Shown piece by piece: positions 26,868 through 38,400 of a DNA stretch of 64,000 nt. Source of the DNA: Cenococcum geophilum (Eukaryota); NCBI GenBank assembly GCA_050273025.1, contig CP158636.1, forward strand, positions 5,022,001-5,086,000, written 5' to 3'. The notes below the pieces were generated by a model, which saw only the letters and a program-made list of their open reading frames with translations, was not told the origin of the DNA and ran no database searches. How positions within the stretch are numbered: the first letter of the stretch is position 1; the number at the start of each line of letters is the position of its first letter. A program made the position numbers and the translations under genes.

Positions 26868-29800
26868 TAATTAAAAAGAATATTATTTATATACCTTTAG
26901 TACGTAGCTAGTCCGTTTATTAGTTTAAAAGAAAGAACTTTATATTTATAGGAACTATAACGGGTATAGAATATTGTTAAATCTTTAAATACGGGGTTTA
27001 TCCTAATTTAGTAGAAAGCTTAATAGATATTAAGTTTAGTAAAGATCTTTACCTAGCTTAGATATGCGAGGGTTTTATTAATTAAAGGAATAGAATACTA
27101 ATCCTCTTAAGTAATAATGTTTAGCTTTTAATAGTTAATATAAAAGTAAAGGCCTTTATTAGGCTTCTTTATTAATAGGATAAGAGAAGTAAAAAGGGCT
27201 TAACTTAGCTCGATAAACCCTTTATCTAAGTTATTAATTAGGTACTGCTTTATTACTTTTAGCTTATCCATTAATTATTAGTAGAGGGGGCTATAACCTA
27301 GCAAATTATTAGCTTCTAATTAAATCTTATAATTGTATATATAGTAAGGGGGTAACTTATCTAAAGCCGCCTTTAAGAATATATCCTTATAATTTATATA
27401 GATAGTAGGGAGAAAGCGTTTAACTAGTTTTTTTTATTAGTTTCCTTAGCTAGCTCTTCCTCCCTATTATTAATAATTCGGTTAATCTTATATAGGCTTA
27501 TTATAAAGACTTTACTATCCTTCCGGTATATATTAAAGTAGAATACTATAGCGCTAATTATAGTAATATTTACGGTAGGGGGGCTATATAATAATAGGGG
27601 CGTACGTAACTTTAGGGACTTCTAGGATACTAGCGTTATTATTACTCCTTTTAGCTCCTATTATATCTTTTAGAGGTTATTCCTTATATCCTATTAATGC
27701 GCTCTTTTCTATACCAGTTAGGCCTACGCGATTTAAATGTCGTCTATATTACTATCTGTCCTACTTTTATATATAGAGTCCTCTTTAAATATAGCGTTTT
27801 AGGAGAGTATCTATATTAGTATAGAGTTCTTTCTAGCTTTGCGGCGTACGTCTTTTTAGATAAAGGCTAGGTTATAGGCCTAGATATCTTACTAGTAGGT
27901 AGGGTTAGCCTTTACAGCTAGTATTTTACGGTTAGTTTAGATTTCTCTAATAAAGGAGGGTATTTTTAGTCTATCCTCTAGCTAAATAAACTGTCTTTAC
28001 CGTATATTTAGCTAAATATTAAAGTAGGATATCTATTTTTGGCTAAGGATTATATTATAGGACCCTAGGTCTAGGGTATAAAACAAGATACTATATTAGC
28101 GTCGTCTATTAAGAGAAATATATAACTTTAAGGCATAGGTAACCGGTTAACCTATTTAGCCGTTATAGCCTTTTACCTAGATAGGCTTCTCTAGTAGGGT
28201 AGCTTTTATATTTAGAAACTTAGCAATATTAATTATATAGGCAGTATTTATAAAGGTAAAGCTATTTACTCTAGTATTAAAAAGGGCGGTTATATTAACT
28301 TTATATCTATTTTAAGATACTATATATAAAACCGTAAAGTATTTTCTACCTATTAACTAACTTAAATTAATTTCTTTAAGATTAATAAGGTACCCTAGGG
28401 GGAAGTTTTTCCCTAGAGTTCTTCTTTTCCCAACTTATCGGACGTTTTCCTTCCTCTATCTCCTTAATATTGCCTATATCCTTTAGCTCTAGGCACAACG
28501 AGGTAAAGTAACTCTTCTTATTATAGTTATAGTACGTAGCCAAGATAGGGTTAATTAAGGTATTGTAATAAGTACTTATTAGGGGTATAGTACGCGGCTA
28601 GTTAGGTAAGGCTCGCTAGTGTATAAATATAACCGCCTTTAGTATAAAAGTAGTTATAGCTTATCTTCCTACTTTAGCTTCTATAGGTATAGCTAATAAG
28701 TTCTAATTACTATAGAGTTGCTTTTACTAATTAGGGCAGGCGTTAATCCGCTTTAGTTCTAAGTTTAATAATAGGTAATAAGCTATAAGTCTATTATAGG
28801 TTAGTAGGTTATTTAAGGTTATAGCAATCTTCTCTTATAGCTGGATTATTAGCTTATTAGATAGGTCTAATTAGTAGTTTTTAAGGGGGACCTAGCCCTC
28901 TCCTATAAGATATAGGAATTAAGTCTAGAATTTAGTAAAGGGTTAGTTTAGTTTTATTATTAGGCAATTGTAATTATACTAGGCATCCCGTACTTTATTT
29001 AGGTTAATATAAATAGCTACTAGGTACTATATTATCTTATTAATAAATATAAATTAAATAGGGGACTTGTCCTTAAACTTGGCTTAAAGGTACTATTAGG
29101 CGTCTTTAGTAGTTCAACTAAAGAGGTAAAGTATTTTAGCTTCTTTAGAAAGGAAATAGTTATAGTTAACACAGAGCTTTCCTTATACTTAAATCCTCTA
29201 ATTTTTAAAGGTAGGATCTATTCTATTAGATAGTGGTTAAGGGCTAAAGAGCTTAACGAACTTTAATTACTTTATTATTATATCTATACTCCCTAGTATA
29301 TTATATTTGGTAAAGTAAATAGGTTAGCTAGGGCTTTAAAAAGGGGAAGCTAGGCTATTTTATAGGGCTGTAAGGCTTTTTAGAATCTCTTATAAGGTCT
29401 CTTATATATTTCTTACCTTAAGATAATTAGCTTTTTAGCTGGCTATAAGGGCGCAAATCTACTTGCGTATATCTATAACGTTATTATTATCTTTAATTTC
29501 TAATCCTATTTAAATCTTAGGTTCCTCTTAGGTAGAGGCAGCTCTCTTAAATAAGCTAGCTTTAGGTACCATTGTTGGCTTTTTAGGGTTTGTTGGTATT
29601 ATATACTTTAGTTTTAATTCTAAGGGTATAGGTCTAGTCCTATCTAGCTTATAAAGTGGGATATTATTAAGGCCTTCCCAGGTAGTATAGAGTTGTTTAG
29701 TATTTAAGTATAGCGCGTTAACGCGTTGTTATAGACAAAGTTTCTTTTTTTTTTAGGGTAGGATATTATTAAGGCCTTCCTAGGTAATATGTAAAGAGCT

Positions 29801-30052
29801 TAGTATAATATAACGGCTTATATAAATGCCTCTAAACTAAGGCTTATGGAATACTATCTTATAAAGATACTAAGCTAAGGAGAAGAAAAGGGGGTCGCTA
29901 GGGCTAGTGTAAATAAATAAGTAGTGTAAGTTGCTAAGGCGCTAGTAGTAGGCGAGCTAACAGTAGAAAATAGTACTAGATAGTATGCGACAATATAAGA
30001 TAATATAATAGGTGGCAGAATTTTGCAAGTAACGCGCTCTAGCACCATTACA
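26868..30052 (-). mobile_element. Gypsy F: 5' LTR (29790-30052), gag, protease and RT up to just before YLDD
   Basis: LTR TGTAA...TTACA. gag CCHC at ~28490-28535, protease ALFDTGANG (~28275), RT KLDIRQAF and YKVLPFGL.NG.ATYQ (~26900-27040). The remainder is displaced beyond the left edge of the window. Confidence 0.85.
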
Positions 30053-31791
30053 CGGTTGCTTATTAGAGCTATTGCCATTCTATATATCTAATCTAAAGGC
30101 GGCTAAATAGACGTCTTTAATAAGTTCTAAAAATTAATCTAGTATAAGAGAACCAATAGCGTTAGTAACGTGGTCTATTTGCTTAAAGAAGTCTCTGCTA
30201 AAGGTAATAAGGTAGCCCTTATATTGGATTACTATAGAATAATGCAACTACGCGTGCCGTAAAGCCCTGCGCAATAATTAGTTCTATTAGGTAATATTTA
30301 GCGTTCTCCTAACTATACTAACTGCGATCCTATATAGTAGTATTAGCTCGCAAGTAATAATAAGCCTCCTCTTTAGAAATAATAGGTGCTTAATACGTAT
30401 AGATAATAGTATTTAGTAGGTTTATTTAGATATAAAACTATATAGGTATACTAAGAAGCTAATCCTGTTGGTTATATAGTTGGTAAACCTAGGTTTACTT
30501 ATTTTTAACAGCCCTAATATAGATTGCTGTAAGTTAGTCTTTATAGATAAGCCAGAGTTAATTACGGAAATTATTATAGATAGGTCCAGCTTTAGGGTCT
30601 TTTAGTATATATAAACTAAGATAGTTTAGAAATATACTTTTATAGACGCTATAAGTACCTTTAATAGTACCCTTATCCTTAAATATAGTCCTAAATTACT
30701 AGAACTTAGTCTAATTTATATTAAGATAATGCATACTTAGCATTTTAGAATAGCGATTACTATCTCTAAATATAGAGTTAATGCTAGCTATATAAAGTCT
30801 CTTAATTATATCTAATATAAGGCTTCACGTAATATTTAACTTAATCCCACTGTCTTTACTAGATATATTAGGGGCAGCCAATATATCTTTAAGCCTAAGT
30901 AGTATTATTAGATTATATATAGATTATTATAGACCTAAAAGTAGTAGTCTGGGGCAAAGAATAATAGCCGCCGTTATTATTAACCGTATAGTATCTATAT
31001 AGCCTACAACCTAGTTACGCTTCTTATCCTTAAAGTTAACGTTATTATAGATAATTACTGCCTACTTATTCGACGCCTAAAGCTTAAGCTGTTTTTAAAG
31101 ACGTTAGCTAATTAGCCTAGGAGTTTAGAGTTAGATACTATACCTTTACCTCCTTAATAATCTTGCCTATTAACCGATTAGCCTAATAATAACTATAATA
31201 TACCCTAAACCCTAATAAGGTCTTAATTACTCGCCGCTTTATACTAAAGCCTATTAAATAGATATTTAGTATTAAAGAGAGGAAGCTAGATCGCTTTTTG
31301 GCCCGAGAATAATATACTATACTAGTAATAGTAAATAATCGCCTAGATAATATATTAGACTAAAGCGTAGCGTTATAACTGGCTTAATGGGCGCGCTAAT
31401 TGCTTATAAGTCTTAAAAGAATAGCATACTATATTAGGGCAACCTCCTTAATAGTCCTAAAAGCTAGCTTTAAGTCTAGTGTTTCTAGGTCTATAGTATA
31501 ATTAAATTAAGTAAAGTAGGGCTAATAGATAAGATTATTAAGCTCTATAGTAAAAGAATCTGCTAGAGAAGGACGCTAGCAGATGCCCCTTATACGTGGA
31601 TTATCCACAGCACATATTAGTATACGCCGTTACTCTTATAGATAGGTATATTAAAAGTTCTAAATTATAACCTTTTTACTCTTTTTTACCCTAGCCTAAG
31701 TAAGTATAAAGGTTTAAAAACTCTATTAAACGCGGCGTAGTATATTAGCTACCTATTATAGCTTAAATTGCGTAAACTACTATTCCCTAAA
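30053..31791 (-). pseudogene. RIP-degraded DUF6589-like gene (putative Academ-type DDE transposase), one intron, both ends cut by LTR elements
   Basis: Long frame reading, after de-RIP, ...RSSFLS.ML..YL.GSG.KRRVIETL.G.G.CHSY..., YDNVNF (31032-31049), TTAA, HGDQLT (30528-30545), PAWFH.QMN (30432-30446). Phase-0 intron at ~31089-31143 with GCTAAC branch site. One apparent frameshift near 30236. Family assignment is by motif recall. Confidence 0.75.
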
Positions 31792-34700
31792 TATTATGGA
31801 CCTAATATTAGCAGTAGTATAACTACTAAGAAGAGATATAAATGGGTTAATTAAGATAGTATAAAAGGCGCTAAAACCGATCCAGCTATAGAATAAGGGG
31901 TGACCAAGTTATATAGCTAGTTATATTATAAGTTTAGAACGTAGAAATGTGGAAATATAAAAATATAGGATATACCGACATACTAATATACTAACATACT
32001 TAGTACATTTCTTAGGCGCAGTATTATATATTTAAAGGACTATAGTCCCTACTTAGATAGTTCTCTTCTTTATAGTAAATCTTAGAATATAACCAGAGTT
32101 AATCTATTAGGCAACTACTCCACTAGTTATAATTATATTGTTAACTTCTTATTTACCTATACACCTAGCCTATTAATATATAACGTGTCCCGCCCCTACG
32201 TCGCCATTCGCCAAAAAGACACGGAGTGCTTGCGAACTCGTTCGCAAGCGCGGCGGGATCTAATATATGTACTCTTACAATTGCCCTCCCCTCCGCGCGT
32301 TCGCCCTCGAACGCCAAGCCGCAGGGGGTCCGCACACCAAGAGTCGCACCATATTAGGAGTCCCCAGTAACGTAAGCGATTGGAATCTCCACCGACGCCT
32401 TATCGCACGGATGCGCGTTAGACTATACCAGAGCGAAGTGCGACCATCGGGAGTCGGACCTACGACCCACCTAGCCGACGGACCCACACCTGGCTCCAGT
32501 AAGTTCGCAAGCACAATTATAACGTTTCCCGCCCCAACGTCGCCATATGGCCAAAAAGATACGGAGAGTGCTTGCGAACTTGTTCGTAAGCACGGCGGGA
32601 TCTAATATATATACTCTTATATAATAAGTCTACTATAGTTCCTATTATAAGGCTTCGTTATATATTTACTACCTAGTTACGGTATTAATAAAGTTAAATA
32701 ATATGCTACTAAAAGCACTAGTTATAACGCTATTAACAGCAGTAACTACTTTAGGAATAGTAGGGACACTAGTATATAGGATATAGATTCGCAGCTAGTT
32801 ACGGTAGGTTAACTATAGGAAATAGTTAATTAGTTAATAGATAATAACCAAATATTTAAAGAACGAATTAACGGAATCGGAGTAGTAAAGGTTAAGTTAC
32901 TATTAGTTAAGCAATTCTTAGGAGAAAAGTTAAAGCTTAAAGGGTTTTTTATATAAATACGCTTTAAGGTAATATAAGAAGGCGTAAAGCTTGCTATACT
33001 TATAGACTAAATAGTCTACGCAGGATTATTCTTATTAGGAAGAGTACTTAAATAGTTTAAATCTTACTTTACTAAGGTATAGGCGTATAGGGATATAACT
33101 ACTAACCTAGAGGTTAAATATATGTTTTTAAGCTAAAATAGGTTTATAAGCTAACTAATATAAATATTTAAAGACCTAAAAGTAATAACTATAGTAAAAT
33201 AAAAGCTTTAAAACCTAGTATAACGAACTTTAGTAATTAAGTATATAATATAGTTCTAAACGCTAGTTATATAGGTTAAATAAAATAATAAGGCGCTTAT
33301 AGTATAGTATAAATAGGGACTTAAGGTAAAAGTCTAGGATATAATTATCTTAATAAAAAATGTGGATATACTTAGGCAACTAATAGATTAAGTAATTAAG
33401 ATTAATAATAGGATCTATTAACGAGAATAAACTAAAAAGGGTTAAGATAGAGTTTTATAGTTATATAAGGCGTAGAGCATATATTAACTAAGTTAAAAAC
33501 TATAAAATAATAGACTAGAGCTAATAAACCTAAGCGGTACTAAAGAGTATAGAAGTAAACAACTATAGAAACCTAGAGGATAAGAATTAAGTAATTAAAG
33601 TTCTAAGGAGTAAAGGCTAAACTAGGGATCTTAGTAGTAGAAGGCGTTTAGGTAAACTCTATAATAAGAAAAATGGTTTAAAGAAGGAGTTTATATAAAT
33701 TACGGAAAATAGGGTTATTTTGCTAGAAACTATAAAGATGGTTAGAGTAATTATATATTAAAGGGAACTAGGCTAGTAAACAATATATATATATAAAGGG
33801 ATAATAGTATACTATAAGGAACTAAAGAGTATTTAATTAGAAGTTTTATATTTTATTATAATAATATATACTAAATTTATAAAGACGCTAAGTATAGTAT
33901 AAGCTATTAGCTATAGGAGCTAAAATTATTAAAGTTTAAAGGAACTAATAAACTACTACGTAGATTGGATATTAAAGACGATAAATTTAATATAGGTAAA
34001 ATATTTTGCGATAATAAGGTAATAAAGGTAGCTTACTAGAAGTATATAGACCTTAAAGAAGTTATAATGGAGGTAAACGTTAAATCTACTATAGAGGACG
34101 GATTAACAATAGGGATTAAGACTCTATTAGATATAATATTTATTACTTTATAAGATATAAGAGACGTAGAATAGTAAACTACTTTAGTACTTAATAAAGG
34201 CATAAGGCCTAAGGCTTAAGACTCTAAAGAAAAAATAAGAGTATAAGCTAGTTATCTATAAGGATAGATTAAAGTAGAAGATTAAAAAGGTAAGACTTCC
34301 GTAATAAAGGAAAGAAATCCTATAATAGGTAAATAAAGTATTTAGCCTTAGAGTTAAACTATTAATACTAGAATTATAGAGTTTATAAATTTAGAGGATT
34401 TTACAGCTAGACGCAAATTAGGAAAAGACTAAAATAAATTTAAGAATTAAATTAAAGCGTGGTAAGAACAAAGAGGCTACTAAGGGTTAAGAATACTAGG
34501 TAGACTAAGGGTTAGAGTATCAATATAAAGAATTACTAATAGGCTAAGAGTAAAATAGCTTAAAGAACTAGAATAAGAAGAGAATCTAGGGTTTTTTAAC
34601 TAGATTTAAAGAATGGTATACTAAAGGTTATAATAATATAGTAATAATAAAATATTTCCTTATAAATAGATTATATACGCTTATAGAGCTATACTAAAAG

Positions 34701-35048
34701 TAGTATAGGTAGCGATATAATAATAAATAAAAAGACTTTTACATATAGCTAAATAAGAAAGTTATTTAAGATTAAGCGATTATAAAGAAATATATAAGTT
34801 ATATTAAAGGACCATTAATTATAATATTAAGAAATCTAGAAAAGAGATTAGAAAACTAAAGAAGCGAGAGGTAAATTATAGTACCTATAAATAAAAGGTT
34901 AGCGTTTAGATTAGCTAGATAGAGGTTTAAATTTATAAGTAAAAATAAGCTAAGAGTTAACCTAAAGTACCTAGCGTATTATATATTAGTATAGATAATA
35001 TATATAATATATATAAAAATCTAAAGAAAAAGAATTAGAAGTACCCTA
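31792..35048 (+). mobile_element. Gypsy A1 segment 1: 5' LTR (31792-32662, split by the TRIM) and gag
   Basis: LTR is ~423 bp once the TRIM is removed. gag starts MPPKAP at ~32703. Resumes at 43031 after A2. Confidence 0.9.
32179..32621 (-). mobile_element. TRIM (miniature non-autonomous LTR retrotransposon), 443 bp
   Basis: Terminal direct repeats at 32179-32279 and 32518-32621. TSD TAATA at 32174-32178 and 32622-32626. PPT reverse complement CCCTCCCCTCC at 32284-32294. The host LTR is restored by excision. Confidence 0.93.
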
Positions 35049-35467
35049 TGTAACGGAATCTTATAGCAGGAACTACGGTGAATTCGTTAATGGGCTAGGT
35101 GTATAGGTATCGCGAAGTCAACAACGTAATAACAACTAGTGGAGTAGTTGCCTAACAGATTAACTCTAATTATATTCTAAGAATTACTATAAGGAAAGGA
35201 ACTATCTAGGTAGGGACCAAGGGTCCTTAAATACACAACCGTACTCCTATAAAATCCTCCTTATATATAATATACGTGTTATATATAAGGTATATAAGTT
35301 CCTCTTATTCCTCTTATTTAATATATAGCATATTATATAACCTTAGCTACTATTCCTTATTACATAGTTCTATTGGCTCTATCCTAGACTGTGCTTATAT
35401 TAACTAACTAGCTTCTTCTAACTCTTCCCTAAGTAGTTATAATATTGTACTTAAAGTGTTCGTAATA
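35049..35467 (-). repeat. 3' LTR of A2
   Basis: Direct repeat of 42607-43025. Confidence 0.95.
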
Positions 35468-38400
35468 CTATCTCCCTCCTCCTTATCTTTGTTCTTAAAG
35501 ATTCCTAATATCCCTAGGTTGTTTACTAGAGGTGTAATATCTATCTAATTAATTTAGTTAATATTATTACTTATTATGCCTAAAGCATCTTCTTCTTTAC
35601 ACGCGTAATAACGTGCTCGCACTATAGCTGCCATATTATCGCTAGGTGAGATTATACTATCTCCGTATTCTCGTTATATAAAAGAGGGGTTAGTTTATAT
35701 CGCGCTAGCAAGTCCTTTGTCTTAACAACCGTCCTCTTACTTAGAGTGTACTAAAGTAAATATTTAATTATCTTGCGATGTTTATTCTACTTCTAACGCT
35801 AAGTATACGCGTCCTATAACTCTTAGTAGTCTTTAAGTTCCCTAAGTAATTTGTTATAGGGTCTTATGTTTAATCTGCTGCTATAAAGCTTAATGGTAAT
35901 CTAGCGTAGGCCCTTACTAAGCTTAAGTGATCTTAAGATACGGAATAGAAGGCCCTAGATGCTCGCATTATGGCGTCTACCTAGCTGCTTTGTCTTAAGA
36001 AGGTCCGTAAGAAGGTTTGTTCTAAGGAGTGGAAACTTATGGAATAAGGTTTATAGGAACTTAGCGATAAAAGAACGGATTCTCTTCTAATAGAGAAGGA
36101 AATACTTCTAAGTACCTTGGTAACTGGTCCTCCTAAGTCCCCCTTAGGTGGCTCGTTTTTTAGTAATTCTTTTTTATTAATACTGCCTGATCTTTTTTCT
36201 TCTAATACTCCTATACCTTTTCTATAGCATTCTTTAAATTTTCTAGTGGCTCCTAGGTAGTTTTATTATAGCCTATCTACTTAACTTTATACTATATTTT
36301 ATTATCTATATCCTCGTAACTAATAATCTTTAAAACTTGCCATTTATCTTCTTCTTATCCTCTATACGTGTCTGCTTTATAGACTAGTGGCTTAATATCT
36401 CTATATACTGGCTCTAGCATTATAATATACTGTATAGGGTAGATCTTTATTTTAGCTGGTAGGTTTAACTTAAACGTGACCAGTGAAATTTTCTTTATAA
36501 TTTTAAAAGGTCCTAGTCTAACGTGGTCCAATTTCTTACTTAGTTATTAACTCTTAAAATTTTTGTATAGTAGTTATACTTTATCCCCCTCCTTAAGATC
36601 TGGTCCCTTAGATCTCTTAGCGTTATAGTACTTTTTTATTCTCTGCTATACCACCTATGCTGTTTCTGTAAGGTTTATATAAAGATTTATTAATATCTCT
36701 ATTCTTTACTTAATATGGTGATAATAATATTCTTAGTTCGTATCCGTAATTCGCCTTAAATGGTAATGTTCCTATTCCTTCTTATAGTGTTGTATTGTAT
36801 GCGAACTATATAACTAGTAATAATAATACCTAATTATTCTGTGCGTAATTAATATAGTGTTATAGATACTATTCTAGTGTCTAATTTAGTCTTTCTATTT
36901 AACCGTCTGTTTGCGGATAATATGTGGTGGAAGTTGCTGCTTAAACTCCTTGTTCCGCCAAAAATACCTTCTAGAATGCTACTACGAATCTTAAATCTCT
37001 ATCCGATATAATTTTGCTTAGTACTCTATGTCTTATAAACACTTCTTTAATATAGATTTTAGTAATATCTTTCGCTGAGATTTCTTCCGTATACGCTATA
37101 AAGTATCCCTACTTTGTTAGCTTATCTACTATTACTAAGATCGCGTTATAATCTTATCCGGTAATAGGATCTCTTAATTTTGGTAACTTAATAATAAAGT
37201 CCTATAATATAACCTCCCATGGTCTTTCTAGTATTTTAATAGGTTATAGCCCTCCATATGGCTTATGCCTTATTAGTTTGTTTCTTTAGCAATCTGAACA
37301 TTCCTTTATAACTTACCTTACTAGTCCCTAAATTCTATTAATAATATACTCCTCTTAGAGTCTTAATACTAAGCCTATAGCTCCGTTATATCCTTAAGTT
37401 AGTCCCTTATAAAATGATTTAATAAACTCTCTTATAATATTTCTTAGCACGTACGTTGCTTCTTAGTTCTTATACTACTCTAAGTTTAGATCCTTTGCCT
37501 GTATGTCTTAGATCTTTTATAACTATTTACTCTTTAGTAACTTATAGGTCTAACTAATTTCTCTTATTACTGTAATTTTCGGATAATTGTACCTAATTAA
37601 TCTGTTTATATCTTTTCGCAGTAAAGCCCCAAATGGCTTTTTATTATTCTGTAGTTTAGCCTTTCTACTTAGAGCGTCTGCTCGTGCATTATCTGTACCC
37701 TTAGTATACTAAATCTTAAAATGGTATTTTATAAGCATCTCCGCCCATTTAACTTATCTCTAATTAAGTTCTTTTATCGTTAGGAACCCTGTTAGGTTCT
37801 TATAATCTATTTTAACTATAAATAGTTTCTCTATGCCTTATAAGAATACTCTCTATTTCTAAAGTACTGTAACTATACCTAACAACTCCTTATTGTAGAT
37901 GTTATAGTTTAGTTCCAGTAGTGTTATCTTCTAACTATAGTATGCCACTAGGTGCTATCTATCTTTATATTTCTATAGGAAGCACGCTTCTAGTATAAAG
38001 TTTAATACATTTATTTTAACCACTGTCTCTAACTTTAGTTGGTAGATTTTAAGGACTAGGTCTTAAGTAAACAACTCCTTAACCTCCTTAAATAGTTTCC
38101 TCTGTTTTTCTCCCTATACCTAAGGTTCTTCTTTCTTTATTAACCTTATAAATGGCTTAATGTTCTTTAACTATTAAGCTATAAACCTTCTATAGTAGTT
38201 GTAAAACCCTAGAAACGACCTTAGCTATATAACGTTCTCTGGTTCTTACCAATTTACTATAGCCTTAATCTTCTTTAGATCTATGCTAAGTTGGCCTAGT
38301 TTAATAATAAATCCGACGAAATCTGTCTTCCTTATAAAGAACTTGCATTTCTTAATTGCTACTAGCATCTGTTCTTTATATAGTCTCTTTAAAACCTATT

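Noticed and set aside
30053..31791. Starship captain (tyrosine recombinase) or a host gene
   Set aside because: No tyrosine recombinase motifs were seen, and the motifs fit a DUF6589-like protein. Heavy RIP argues against a single-copy host gene, although RIP leakage cannot be excluded.
32185..32605. Three overlapping ORFs (61, 112 and 79 aa) in the ORF track
   Set aside because: They lie in the GC-rich TRIM, cross LTR boundaries and show no recognisable motif. Stop-poor frames are expected there by chance.
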